Source: a virus (Duplodnaviria; Caudoviricetes). From it: DNA of 26,706 bases. The notes below the pieces were generated by a model, which did not search any database, had not been told where the DNA came from, and saw nothing but the letters and a program-made list of their open reading frames with translations. Positions 1 to 9,758 of the stretch are shown in pieces; position 1 is the stretch's first letter, and each line of letters starts with the position of its first letter. The DNA is taken from the IMG/VR virus record IMGVR_UViG_3300011258_001043, positions 1 through 26,706 of that record. One strand, given 5' to 3'. A program made the position numbers and the translations under genes.

Positions 1-85
1 ATGAAGGAGATACCGGTACCTATACTAGTCAACTATTTTATTAACATTTTTTTAATTTCAATCATAGTGTATTACAAGATATAGC

Positions 86-114
86 TTGACAAATGAGTTA
101 AAGTTTGATATAAT
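86..114 (+). promoter_or_regulatory. Consensus sigma70 promoter for the replication arm
   Basis: TTGACA at 86-91, a 17-nt spacer ending TGA (extended -10), TATAAT at 109-114. It is followed by RBS AAGGAG (124-129) and ATG at 138. Confidence 0.9.
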
Positions 115-137
115 ATAACAATAAAGGAGAATAGAAC

Positions 138-587
138 ATGGATCAAAAACAACCAGAAGAAGTAAAAACAAACTTACTGCTACAGAAGATGGCAGCTGCT
201 AAAGCAGATATGAGTAAACTAGTCAAATCGGCTAAGAACCCATTCTTCAATTCAAACTATGCAGACTTAGGTGCCCACCTTGCGACAGTAGAACCGGCAC
301 TAACTAAACACGGTTTAATCTTAACACAACCTACTGGTGGAAACCAATTGGGTAACTTTGTGGTATCAAGAATTAGTGATATCTCAACCGGTGAGTTTCT
401 AGAGGCATCTATTAAGCTTCCAGAATTAAACGATATGCAGAAGTTAGGTAGTGCCATCACTTACGCTAGACGTTACACATTAGGTTCTTTGCTTGCAATG
501 GCAGCCGAGGATGATGATGGAAACAGTGCTAGTGGTTTGAAAGCTAAGGGTAAGCCTAGTAAGAAGGGGTCTTCTAATGACTTCTAG
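138..587 (+). CDS. erf: ERF-family single-strand annealing protein
   Basis: KSAKNPFFNSNYADL and MQKLGSAITYARRYTLGSLLAMAAEDDDG match ERF-superfamily motifs. Strong RBS. Confidence 0.9.
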   Translation: MDQKQPEEVKTNLLLQKMAAAKADMSKLVKSAKNPFFNSNYADLGAHLATVEPALTKHGLILTQPTGGNQLGNFVVSRISDISTGEFLEASIKLPELNDMQKLGSAITYARRYTLGSLLAMAAEDDDGNSASGLKAKGKPSKKGSSNDF

Positions 588-768
588 GGATAAGACAGAA
601 ATATTATTCGCCCTGATATTAGGGTTGGGCGGAGGGTTCGTAATAGGGTCATTCGGCTCTGCCTACGGAATATCAATACCGGTAATACTAATAAGCGCAG
701 CACTGTTCGGGTTCTTCGCTGTCCCACCCATGGCTAAGACATTAGCTGGTAACAATGAAGAAGATTAG
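577..768 (+). CDS. Small membrane protein with two hydrophobic segments
   Basis: 63 aa. ILFALILGLGGGFVIGSFG and ISIPVILISAALFGFFAV are hydrophobic. Overlaps the erf stop, with AAGGGGT upstream. Confidence 0.65.
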   Translation: MTSRDKTEILFALILGLGGGFVIGSFGSAYGISIPVILISAALFGFFAVPPMAKTLAGNNEED

Positions 769-782
769 TCATTATATTCAGT

Positions 783-807
783 GGGGGTCCTTGTGGCTCC
801 CGGTTTT
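783..807 (+). terminator. Weak hairpin with short T tract; possible partial terminator or attenuator
   Basis: Imperfect stem GGGGGTCC-TTGT-GGCTCCC followed by GGTTTT, in the gap between two genes. Confidence 0.3.
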
Positions 808-822
808 CGTGGAGGAAACATC

Positions 823-1062
823 ATGCAATGTAAATGTGGTAAAGAAACAAAAACAGTTACCTTTAAAACCTTCAGCTACGAGTACTGTGAAGACTGTAAA
901 ATTGAAGTAACAGAAGAAGCTGAAACCAAAGGAATACCTATGCCTAAATTCGTGGGTGAATTCGCCGGGTTAGAGATACTAGACAAGCCTAGAAAGACCA
1001 AACAATATAAATATTCAAATGGTTATTGGGCATGGACCCATGATTCAGAAGGAGCTGACTAA
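823..1062 (+). CDS. Small Zn-ribbon protein (79 aa; start revised from 781 to ATG 823)
   Basis: GGAGG at 811-815 precedes ATG 823. MQCKCGK...YCEDCK gives a CxC...CxxC pattern. Confidence 0.65.
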   Translation: MQCKCGKETKTVTFKTFSYEYCEDCKIEVTEEAETKGIPMPKFVGEFAGLEILDKPRKTKQYKYSNGYWAWTHDSEGAD

Positions 1063-2549
1063 TGAAATTCTCAGTATCAAAGGGTAACCAAAACTTCAAA
1101 CCGGTAGACGATTCTTTTGTAGACTTCGCTACCCACATGACTTTCTATAACTATTCAATGTCTACTTTTAAAGACAATGACCGTAAGAACAAGAACTTTC
1201 TATTTGCTGAAGCAGTAGCTCTAGACTTCGACGGAGGGTTAACTATAGCAGAAGCCAAGCTTAGGTTCGCACAGTATCAACATATCATAGCACCAACTAG
1301 ATCACATCAGGTTGTAAAGCATGGTATTAAGTGTGACAGATTCAGGGTTGTTATCCCGTTAGATAAACCGGTTGATAGTATAGCCGACTATGAAGAGACC
1401 GTTAAGGCATTACTCAAAGCTAACCCAGAAGCAGACAAGGCTTGTAAAGACCCAGCTAGAATGTTCTATCCATCAACTCATGTTGAGTCTATTAGATATG
1501 AAGGTCAAACTATACCAACTAGAAAGGCTAAACCTAAAGAGAAGAAAGAACCAACCAAGGCTATCATAGGACAGAAGGGCAAGCTATTACCGGATACTTT
1601 ACGCTTCCTACTCTTCGGTGCTCCAGCTGGTGAGAGAAACCACACATTATTCGCCGCTGCTAAAGATATGCAGGGTCAGGGGTATACAATTGGTGAAGCT
1701 ACACTAAATATAAGTAATATGATCGAACACGGTGGTGACTGGGCACATAGCGACCTATCAGAAAAGGACATAGAGACTATAGAGAATGCTTATAGTACAG
1801 AGACTAAGGATGATGTTAGAGTAAAGGACAGACCGAGTTTTAACTTTCAATCAATCGGTGATCTATATGAAGCAGATCTTAAGGTTGAATGGTTGGCTAA
1901 AGAGTTATTGATAGCCGGTGGTATATCACTATTAGCTGCTAGACCCAAGTCTGGTAAGTCTACATTGGTTAGACAATTAGCTAAGGCTGTATGTAAAGGT
2001 GAAGAGTTCTTAGGGCGTGAAGTAGAGAAGGGTAGGGTTGCTTATCTTGCGCTAGAGGAACATCCTGCCATGCTACAGCACCAATTCAAGACTATCGGAT
2101 TGACTAAAGATGATGATATAATGTTACATGTTGGTCCTATCTATGGTGAGAACAGAGCTGATACACTAATCGGATACCTTAAAGACTATGAAGCTAAGCT
2201 GGTTGTTATTGATACACTAGCCCTATTTGCTGGTATCGAAGACAGTAACTCATACGATAAGGTTAACAAGTCGATGGAACAGGTTAGACGTATAGCAAGG
2301 GAAACTAACTCTCATGTGATGCTTATACACCATACTACGAAGTCTGATGTCACTAGTACTAACTCTATCATGGGTTCACAAGCCTACTTAGGAGCAGTAG
2401 ACACGGCTATGATTATCAATTGTACCGGACCGAAACGATTCTTAACTTCTGTGGGACGGGGCTTGTCAAACTTCAACAACTGTGAGATACTCTTTGATAA
2501 GGAAAAAGAAACCTACACATTAGGAGTCGAACTTGATACAGAGTTTTAA
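1062..2549 (+). CDS. Primase-helicase: AEP-like primase, PriCT-like domain and RecA-type (AAA_25-like) helicase
   Basis: Primase motifs ALDFDGG, TRSH, RFRVVIPL and DKACKDPARMFY. GERNHTLF is PriCT-like. Walker A ARPKSGKS, Walker B LVVIDT, and LIHHTTK. Confidence 0.85.
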   Translation: MKFSVSKGNQNFKPVDDSFVDFATHMTFYNYSMSTFKDNDRKNKNFLFAEAVALDFDGGLTIAEAKLRFAQYQHIIAPTRSHQVVKHGIKCDRFRVVIPLDKPVDSIADYEETVKALLKANPEADKACKDPARMFYPSTHVESIRYEGQTIPTRKAKPKEKKEPTKAIIGQKGKLLPDTLRFLLFGAPAGERNHTLFAAAKDMQGQGYTIGEATLNISNMIEHGGDWAHSDLSEKDIETIENAYSTETKDDVRVKDRPSFNFQSIGDLYEADLKVEWLAKELLIAGGISLLAARPKSGKSTLVRQLAKAVCKGEEFLGREVEKGRVAYLALEEHPAMLQHQFKTIGLTKDDDIMLHVGPIYGENRADTLIGYLKDYEAKLVVIDTLALFAGIEDSNSYDKVNKSMEQVRRIARETNSHVMLIHHTTKSDVTSTNSIMGSQAYLGAVDTAMIINCTGPKRFLTSVGRGLSNFNNCEILFDKEKETYTLGVELDTEF

Positions 2550-4680
2550 TAAGCTGGTATACGGCAAGGATGAGAGAGAACGAATAACTGGTATTGAGCT
2601 TGGTGAGAATGACGCTACTATATACTACTCTAATGGTACATCTGAAATAGAAGAGTTTGAACGGTACATAGTATTCAAGTCACATCAACTCAAGGGAAAA
2701 TGTGGTAAGTTACATGGTGAACAAGCCTTCAAGCATTTCTCTAAATACAAATCAAAGAAAGAGTTCTGGGAAGCTAAGAGACAAGCACCATACCCTCATT
2801 ACTTCTGTCCTAGAGATGATCATCAACAGTACATGCTAAAGACCGGTGCGACTATGTATAAGGGTATGAAGTACGATGATCTAACTATACTATCATTTGA
2901 TATTGAGACTAACGGTCTATTGATTAACAATGACTCAGTTACATACATGATCAGTGCCACAATGAAGGATGCATTTGGTAGGTCCACTAAACTATTCAGC
3001 TTAGATAATTACTCAACTCAACAGGATATGATTAGAGCATTCTGCGCATACGTTACAGCTCACAATCCAGATGTATTAACTGGACATAACATACTAGGAT
3101 ATGATATACCTTTTCTACAGAAGTGCTACGGTAAACAGCTACCTCTAGGTAGAGATGGATCGGGTGTAAAGATATCAGGTCGGGAGAGGATATTTAGAAA
3201 GGACGGACACCGTACCTACAGCTTCACTAATGCTAAGGTACACGGTAGAGAGATAGTAGACACATTCTATCTTGCAATGAAGTATGACTTTCAAAACAAA
3301 TACAACTCATATGGACTAAAGAGTATTATCGAGCAAGAGGGTATGATAACTGAAGGGAGACAGTTTTATGATGCTGCTACTATTAAAGACAATTGGAAGA
3401 TCGACTCTGAGCGCCAAAAGATTAAAGAGTACTGTATCAATGATAGTCAAGATTCTCTCAATCTATGTGACCTTATGCTCCCGAATTACTTCTATTATGT
3501 ACAAGCTTTACCGTTGGGGTTACAAGAGGCCGTACTTACCGCAACAGGTTCTCAAATTAATGCCATTATGGTTAGATCATACTTGCAGGATAGAATGGCT
3601 ATACCAGAAGCTTCAGAGTCCTCTAGTTTTGAGGGCGCAATCAGCTTCGGTAATCCGGGCATATATTCTGATATTAATAAAGTCGATGTTGCGTCGCTAT
3701 ACCCCTCGATCATCTTAGAGTACGGTATATTTGATAGGAAGAAAGACCCACAAGGTAACTTCTTAAACATCGTTAAGGAATTAACAACAGACCGGTTAAA
3801 GAACAAGGCTTTAGCTAAAGAAACAGGAGACAGGTACTACAGTGATATGGAACAAGCCCAAAAGATTCTCATTAACTCGGCATACGGTTTCATGGGGGCA
3901 CCAGGACTTAACTTTAACAGTCCAGAGAATGCTGCCAAGGTCACGAGGTACGGTAGGGAGATACTACAGAAGGGCATCGACTGGGTGTCCGATAAAGGAT
4001 ATACACTAGTTAACGTTGACACGGACTCTTTTGCGTACACTACAAGTAGTAGGTTATCCGAGCGTGACTTTGAAGCCCAATTGGATGAGATCAATGCGCT
4101 GTTTCCTGATGGTATTAGTTGGGAGAATGATGGACAGTTTAAGAGGTTTATTGTAGTAAAGACTAAGAACTATGTCTTACAGGATTACGAAAAGAATGTA
4201 GTAATTAAAGGCAGCGGACTTAAGGCTACTATGAAAGAACCGGCTTTGAAGGAATTCATTGCAGAGTTCATTACTAGGATGCTTAATAACCAAAGAGAGA
4301 ACCGGTTGATTGAACTATATAATGATTATGCTAAAGAGATACTGGATATAGATGATATAACTAGATGGAGTAGCAAGAAGACTATAACAAAAGCTATACT
4401 TACGGGAGAGAGAACTAATGAAACTAAGATACGAGAAGCTTTTCAGGGTCAGGTATTCGATGAAGGGGACAGGATATACACGTTTTTTGATCATGATGAT
4501 AGCATATGCCTTAATACTAACTTCGTGGGCACTTATTCAGTGGACCGGTTGTTGTTGAAACTATACAATACGGTTAAGATATTCAGTACTGTATTTGATA
4601 TTAGTGTATTCCCTAATTATAAACTCAAGAGAAACAAAGAGTTACTAGCCCAGTTAGAACAACCAGACTTAGCTGTATAA
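2533..4680 (+). CDS. polB: Family B DNA polymerase with 3'-5' exonuclease
   Basis: ExoI SFDIET, ExoII GHNILGYD, ExoIII YCIND. Polymerase motifs DVASLYPS, KILINSAYG and VDTDS. TTG start with AGGAG at 2522-2526. Confidence 0.93.
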   Translation: MIQSFNKLVYGKDERERITGIELGENDATIYYSNGTSEIEEFERYIVFKSHQLKGKCGKLHGEQAFKHFSKYKSKKEFWEAKRQAPYPHYFCPRDDHQQYMLKTGATMYKGMKYDDLTILSFDIETNGLLINNDSVTYMISATMKDAFGRSTKLFSLDNYSTQQDMIRAFCAYVTAHNPDVLTGHNILGYDIPFLQKCYGKQLPLGRDGSGVKISGRERIFRKDGHRTYSFTNAKVHGREIVDTFYLAMKYDFQNKYNSYGLKSIIEQEGMITEGRQFYDAATIKDNWKIDSERQKIKEYCINDSQDSLNLCDLMLPNYFYYVQALPLGLQEAVLTATGSQINAIMVRSYLQDRMAIPEASESSSFEGAISFGNPGIYSDINKVDVASLYPSIILEYGIFDRKKDPQGNFLNIVKELTTDRLKNKALAKETGDRYYSDMEQAQKILINSAYGFMGAPGLNFNSPENAAKVTRYGREILQKGIDWVSDKGYTLVNVDTDSFAYTTSSRLSERDFEAQLDEINALFPDGISWENDGQFKRFIVVKTKNYVLQDYEKNVVIKGSGLKATMKEPALKEFIAEFITRMLNNQRENRLIELYNDYAKEILDIDDITRWSSKKTITKAILTGERTNETKIREAFQGQVFDEGDRIYTFFDHDDSICLNTNFVGTYSVDRLLLKLYNTVKIFSTVFDISVFPNYKLKRNKELLAQLEQPDLAV

Positions 4681-4722
4681 AAGAATACCCCCAACCGCAG
4701 GAGACAACATTGGGAGGGGGCA
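4679..4722. terminator. Hairpin between the convergent arms; intrinsic terminator on the - strand, possibly bidirectional
   Basis: The minus strand reads CTCCCAA-(15-nt loop)-TTGGGGG-TATTCTTTT. It lies between the two convergent stops at 4680 and 4740. Confidence 0.65.
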
Positions 4723-4739
4723 TCCAGTAAAGTTTTATA

Positions 4740-5450
4740 TTACCAAGATACTATGATCTTACCAGATCCGCCTGATCCAGCTGTGTTACCACCAGTTGAT
4801 CCTCCACCACCTGCACCAGTATTAGCTCCAGCAGATACACCGTTATTACCACTATGAGCACCACCTGCACCACCGTTACCGAACGGACCAGCGCCACCAC
4901 CAGATCCGCCACCGTTAGGGACTGATGTTGCACCAGCTGCACCACCGCTGTAATGTATACCACTACCACCAGCAAAACCCAGTTCTACAATTGAAAAGCT
5001 TACAGCACCACCCATAGTACACCCAGGAATTGCTCTACCAGCGTCTTTAAACTTATAGTTGACACTATCATTTGAACCATCTACAGCGAGTCCTGTAGCA
5101 CCCTTAAATATTAAAGTACTAGAAGTTGTTGTAGCAGGTGTAAAGCTACTTTGAGAACCGTTACTACTTGATGTAGGCTCTTGACTATCAGGACTACCAC
5201 CAGCTCCTACTATTATAGTCACACTTTCACCAGGAACAACAGGTACAGTATAACTACCATAAGGTGCTCCGTTACCACCCATACCTATATTATTACCACC
5301 CGAAGTGCTCTTCTCAGAACCACCCTGTCCTCCGCCGCAACCGGATACTGTTACAACCGAAACACCATTAGGTACTGTCCATGCTGTAGACGCTGCTGTG
5401 AACTCCTGAATCCTGTCTGTATCTTCAAAATGTATATTACTTGCACTCAT
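4740..5450 (-). CDS. Glycine-rich tail-tip / receptor-binding protein
   Basis: WTVPNGVSVVTVSGCGGGQGG at the start and GSGGSGKIIVSW at the end, with GGxGG repeats typical of phage glycine-rich domains. Last gene of the tail operon; RBS AAGGAG. Confidence 0.75.
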   Translation of the reverse strand: MSASNIHFEDTDRIQEFTAASTAWTVPNGVSVVTVSGCGGGQGGSEKSTSGGNNIGMGGNGAPYGSYTVPVVPGESVTIIVGAGGSPDSQEPTSSSNGSQSSFTPATTTSSTLIFKGATGLAVDGSNDSVNYKFKDAGRAIPGCTMGGAVSFSIVELGFAGGSGIHYSGGAAGATSVPNGGGSGGGAGPFGNGGAGGAHSGNNGVSAGANTGAGGGGSTGGNTAGSGGSGKIIVSW

Positions 5451-5460
5451 GTTTGTCTCC

Positions 5461-5970
5461 TTATACTAGATCGCCGTAGACACTAACGTGAAAATCACCC
5501 TGATCTACTTGTTTCTGTACTAATTGAATTCTATATAAATCGTTCTGAGTTAATACTTCACCACCACTTACAAAGCTAAATGAACTAGAGATTGATCCAA
5601 CGGTTGATGTTGTAACTTGTGGTGTTGTAGCTAGTACCGAGTTCCAGTTGACACCGTTATCTGTGCTCACTTCTATGTCTAACTCTATAGTACCAGACGT
5701 TGAAGCCTCTAATAACGTAACTATAACACTAATTATAGAACCATCAGAAGGGGCTTTGTATACAGGACATCTCTCATTGATTTGTGCAAGAGAATAACTA
5801 CCGACATCACCGGTAAAGTTAACGTCTATGATATCGAATTTTCCACTCTCACCTAATAGATCAATCCTTGAATCAAAGTCTTCTTGGTTAGTTCTGATCT
5901 GTGTGAATATCTCTTCTTTTGTTGGTTGACCTGCTACTATATCCGCCGGGTCTAATGCTGTATAAGCCAC
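5461..5970 (-). CDS. Putative minor tail protein
   Basis: Position among tail-tip genes, strong RBS, N-terminal helical segment followed by a beta-rich domain. Confidence 0.6.
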   Translation of the reverse strand: MAYTALDPADIVAGQPTKEEIFTQIRTNQEDFDSRIDLLGESGKFDIIDVNFTGDVGSYSLAQINERCPVYKAPSDGSIISVIVTLLEASTSGTIELDIEVSTDNGVNWNSVLATTPQVTTSTVGSISSSFSFVSGGEVLTQNDLYRIQLVQKQVDQGDFHVSVYGDLV

Positions 5971-5979
5971 TTATATCTC

Positions 5980-8520
5980 CTATGATATTAAATTAATTCC
6001 TGCTGTTTCTTCTTCATCGTCAATGATACCTTGTGTATCTGTTATATATCCGTATTTTATCTTCTCTTCGCTTGTAGATGATGCGTAGTCTGGTGCTGTA
6101 TTAGGTGTGATGATACTTGATGCGTTGTATATGTTAGCTACATCATTCAGTATTAAGACAACCTCGTTACCGTTTGCAGTCTTACCAACAACCTTCATAA
6201 TCTTCTGTCTAGATGATGGATCTCCTAATCTTTTGTATAGTCTTTCTATATCTAACTTGATGCTGTCGCCTATCTCATGTACATCTAATCTCAAGTCACC
6301 CTTAATAGTAACCTCGGTCTTACCTAAACGGTTATAGTATACCTCTCTATTAGCTCTAGTTTGAGCTTCGGTCTGGTTGTATAGTCTTGCATCTATCTCA
6401 CTACTCGCTTCTGTACCTAAATAGTTCTTAACAAAGTCTGAGCTGTATCTGACAACAGAATTACCTTCTTCAAGATTGGCCCTACTTACGTCTAGGTGTC
6501 TATAGTTGACTACTGAGTTTTGAAATAATCTACCAGTTACCGATTGAACAGACCATGAAGTTATCTCTTTATCAGATACTGTTGATACATCATCGGCGAT
6601 TACTGCTAATAATGAACTGTATTTAATGTCTAAATTGTTGTCGGTTGTTATAGTTGATAGGACCGATTGATTAACAGCATCAAGTACTTGTTTAACTGTA
6701 GTAGATGATGGACCAGGTGATAGTGGTAAAGGTAATGATATCACTTGGGGGCTAGCTGATTGACCAACTATAAAGCTACTTTCATCTATATCGGTTAACC
6801 CTATAGTTGCTAGTGCATCCTTGATTACTTGAGGTGCTGTCTTTATCCATGTCCCGGTTGCTGTCCCGTCTTCTGTCCTACCTAGAGCGTCTACGCTTAA
6901 GATGGTATCGTCACCCACGTATTCTGGACTCTTATACTGTGCAGCTTGGCTGGTTGTCGCTTGATCGAATGCCGTTCTTATCGTTATAGTAGTATCGTCT
7001 ACATCTAATATCTCATAGTATGTACTATTACCGGACTCTGGTCTTATCCAGTCCCTTGATTTTATTGTTTCATCTAATCTTGCACCTGTGTATGTGATAG
7101 TTCTTGATGCATTTGTGAATGTTAATGTGTTAGGTATTGCTCTGATCCGGGCTAGGTTGAACTCTACATCATCGTCTAATGTAAGGCTTAATTCACTGGA
7201 ATTAGTTAGCTCAAAACCATCAGCGTTGACTAGATTTGAATCTATGAATACCTTTTGAACCGGTGGTCTGCTAACGATTGAGCTGATAGTTGGTGTAAAT
7301 ATAAGGTTCCGCACTAATACAACTGTTGTACCTGTTGCAAATGAGCTGATAGCTATTCTTTCACCTGTATCAAATTCTAGTAAGTCACCTACTACTAAGT
7401 CGGTTGTATCTGATAACTCAACTCTATTCAATTGCTTTATAGATAGTAATGTCTTAGCAAGTTCTGAACACTCATGATCTGCTATTAGAAAGTCTCTGTT
7501 CTTTAAGACTGTGGGTATCTCTGGATTAACCGTGATTGTTACAGCTGATACGTTGAAGTCTGGTTCATTTGAAAGTGTTGCGGATGTATCACTAGCTACC
7601 GCTTCTATGGTGAACTCTTGAGTACCGACTGTTACCGCATCACCGGGGCTTAAATCAGCTAGGAAGCTTGTACCGGTCCCTGTTAATGTATCACTACCAG
7701 TAGAAGCTGCACCCGTACCAGTGATTAGGTATCCATCACCTATCTGATCGATTGACTGAAGCTTTAATCCATCTACTCTACCGTAGATCCATCTCTTGTA
7801 GTCACCCTTAACTGAGTCATTTACTGTATCAGTATCATCGTATACGCTCTGGGGTATGTTCTGTTTGAGATCGAATATGTTATCTTTAATTTTGAATGTT
7901 ACTTTATCACTCCCGAAGGTCTTATCTGATACTCTACCTCTAAATAGAAGCTTAGCGTCTGAATAATCTAAGTCGCGGTTCCATGAATATATACGAACCA
8001 GTTGGTTCTCGAAGTAATACTTGTCGAATATATCATCAAACTGTCCATCATTAATAAGGACTAGATCACCCTTACCGACTAATGAAGTTAACTTCTGATC
8101 AATCCCGACCTTCTGCTTGTATCCGGGACTCTTCTCTATTATACCGGTATATGGTACAACTGTATCACCATCTTCGAGGTTCCATGATGCATCTATAGGA
8201 CCGTTAGAGTAGAAGAATCTGTATGTAACGATCATCTCTACATCTGCTGGATCTTCCAGACTAGGGTTCTTAATTGATACTTCACCAGCTTGTGGGTCAT
8301 AGAAGAATGTACCAGCTATAACGTTAATTAGTGCGTCAACTCTAGTGAGTTCTACATCAGCTATCTTTAAACTAGATACAAAGTGCGGTACTACTTTAGA
8401 GTATACATCAGATCCTTCATCTACCCACGCTACTAGTCTTGCTGTAGCATGAACATGGGCTAGGGTTATCTTCTCACTAGCTTGTGCTGTTATGAATTCT
8501 GTTCTACTTTGAAATGACAT
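5980..8520 (-). CDS. Large tail-tip (hub / central tail) protein
   Basis: 846 aa, downstream of the tape measure. C-terminal TIKGDLRLDVHEIGDSIKL pattern resembles hub proteins. Contains internal beta-repeat inserts. Confidence 0.7.
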   Translation of the reverse strand: MSFQSRTEFITAQASEKITLAHVHATARLVAWVDEGSDVYSKVVPHFVSSLKIADVELTRVDALINVIAGTFFYDPQAGEVSIKNPSLEDPADVEMIVTYRFFYSNGPIDASWNLEDGDTVVPYTGIIEKSPGYKQKVGIDQKLTSLVGKGDLVLINDGQFDDIFDKYYFENQLVRIYSWNRDLDYSDAKLLFRGRVSDKTFGSDKVTFKIKDNIFDLKQNIPQSVYDDTDTVNDSVKGDYKRWIYGRVDGLKLQSIDQIGDGYLITGTGAASTGSDTLTGTGTSFLADLSPGDAVTVGTQEFTIEAVASDTSATLSNEPDFNVSAVTITVNPEIPTVLKNRDFLIADHECSELAKTLLSIKQLNRVELSDTTDLVVGDLLEFDTGERIAISSFATGTTVVLVRNLIFTPTISSIVSRPPVQKVFIDSNLVNADGFELTNSSELSLTLDDDVEFNLARIRAIPNTLTFTNASRTITYTGARLDETIKSRDWIRPESGNSTYYEILDVDDTTITIRTAFDQATTSQAAQYKSPEYVGDDTILSVDALGRTEDGTATGTWIKTAPQVIKDALATIGLTDIDESSFIVGQSASPQVISLPLPLSPGPSSTTVKQVLDAVNQSVLSTITTDNNLDIKYSSLLAVIADDVSTVSDKEITSWSVQSVTGRLFQNSVVNYRHLDVSRANLEEGNSVVRYSSDFVKNYLGTEASSEIDARLYNQTEAQTRANREVYYNRLGKTEVTIKGDLRLDVHEIGDSIKLDIERLYKRLGDPSSRQKIMKVVGKTANGNEVVLILNDVANIYNASSIITPNTAPDYASSTSEEKIKYGYITDTQGIIDDEEETAGINLIS

Positions 8521-8528
8521 TTAAGGTC

Positions 8529-9758
8529 CTAATATTTTATATAGTATTTAAAGGATAAGTTTAGAGGTCTTGTTTCATCATCAGATGATGTTACACCATG
8601 AGTGTGCGAACCACCGGAAGCAACCGGTATGGTTCCTTGATTAGCTTCGCCCCCAGCAGTTCCTTTCCCTGATCCAGCTTCACCAGCAGATGTCGCGGTG
8701 ATTGTATGTCCGTGTGAACTTCCGGTAGTGTTTGTTCCTAAACCATTAACATCCGTAGCATCTGCTTGCTCAGAACCAATATTGTCGCCCGTATTACCAC
8801 CAGTGGCCGTTGCAACACGAGTTCCAGCGTTCGGGTCATTACCTGCTCCATCATCTATACCTCTAGCAAACTTACCTCTCATGTCAGGTAAATTAAATGT
8901 TGTACTACCATCTCCCTCCCCATATGCATCACCAAGAAGTGCGTATAGGTTAGAATATGTTACTCTAGACACAGGATTTCCGTCACAATAAAGGTACCCG
9001 GTAGGGGCTATATTCGAGGCACTGATGATTACAGTTGCTACAGGATTACCTGCGGCAGCTGGTGTTACTGCTACCCAGTTACTTCCATCCCACTCCAGAC
9101 TATCCCCTATACTGGGAGAAGAAGTTGTTGTATCGACATCGTTTAAATCATCTATTCCTAAATCAACAGCACCGGTTTGAGAGTTAACAGATGTTACCGT
9201 TGATGTGTTGTCAATCTTTTGCCATACACCAGTCTCTGTGAATATAGCCCAGTCTCCTACTTCCCAGTCAGTAATACCGTCTAGGTTTGTAGCTCCTGCC
9301 ACCGATACGTTAAAGTAATGCCCGGCTGATCCTACACCAGAAGCTAATGATGGTGAGTTGCTATCTGCATCCCAATTACCCTGAAATGAAAGACCGGCTG
9401 CTAATCCTTCTATAGCCGTCTCTAATGATTGAATGTTTTCTTTAACTGATTCACCCGATGCTATAATAGACCCGGTATAACTACCCATATCCGTATCACC
9501 GGCTGATGTTCCTTGAGTAGTCCTAATAGCATCTGTCTCAGTAACCGTTGCTATTTCAATCCAATTTGTACCGTTGTAATATCTTACAGAGCCGTCTGTT
9601 GAGTTTATATATATATTACCCAGTACGGGAGATCCGTCATTACCTGCTTCATATCCGGCATCATCTATATATGTATTTAAGTCTGATGCACTTATGTTCC
9701 CAATAGTTGGTGTGGTAGACGATGATGCGTTATCGTAAAAGTTGATGATCCTAGCCAT
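8529..9758 (-). CDS. Tail fibre with tail-collar domain
   Basis: APTGYLYCDG...YSNLYALLG..YGEGDGSTTFNLPDMRGKFARG is a collar-domain signature. HGH/HTH metal-binding tip motifs and an ETRPLNLSFKYYIKY end. Confidence 0.88.
   Translation of the reverse strand: MARIINFYDNASSSTTPTIGNISASDLNTYIDDAGYEAGNDGSPVLGNIYINSTDGSVRYYNGTNWIEIATVTETDAIRTTQGTSAGDTDMGSYTGSIIASGESVKENIQSLETAIEGLAAGLSFQGNWDADSNSPSLASGVGSAGHYFNVSVAGATNLDGITDWEVGDWAIFTETGVWQKIDNTSTVTSVNSQTGAVDLGIDDLNDVDTTTSSPSIGDSLEWDGSNWVAVTPAAAGNPVATVIISASNIAPTGYLYCDGNPVSRVTYSNLYALLGDAYGEGDGSTTFNLPDMRGKFARGIDDGAGNDPNAGTRVATATGGNTGDNIGSEQADATDVNGLGTNTTGSSHGHTITATSAGEAGSGKGTAGGEANQGTIPVASGGSHTHGVTSSDDETRPLNLSFKYYIKY

Noticed and set aside
1062-4680. 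Intein or intron in the helicase or polymerase
   Set aside because: Motif spacing is compact, and no splice-junction or homing-endonuclease motifs are visible.
4740-5360. ACC/CCACCA-rich repetitive DNA as a tandem repeat or CRISPR array
   Set aside because: It is explained by GGT glycine codons on the minus strand, and there is no repeat-spacer periodicity.
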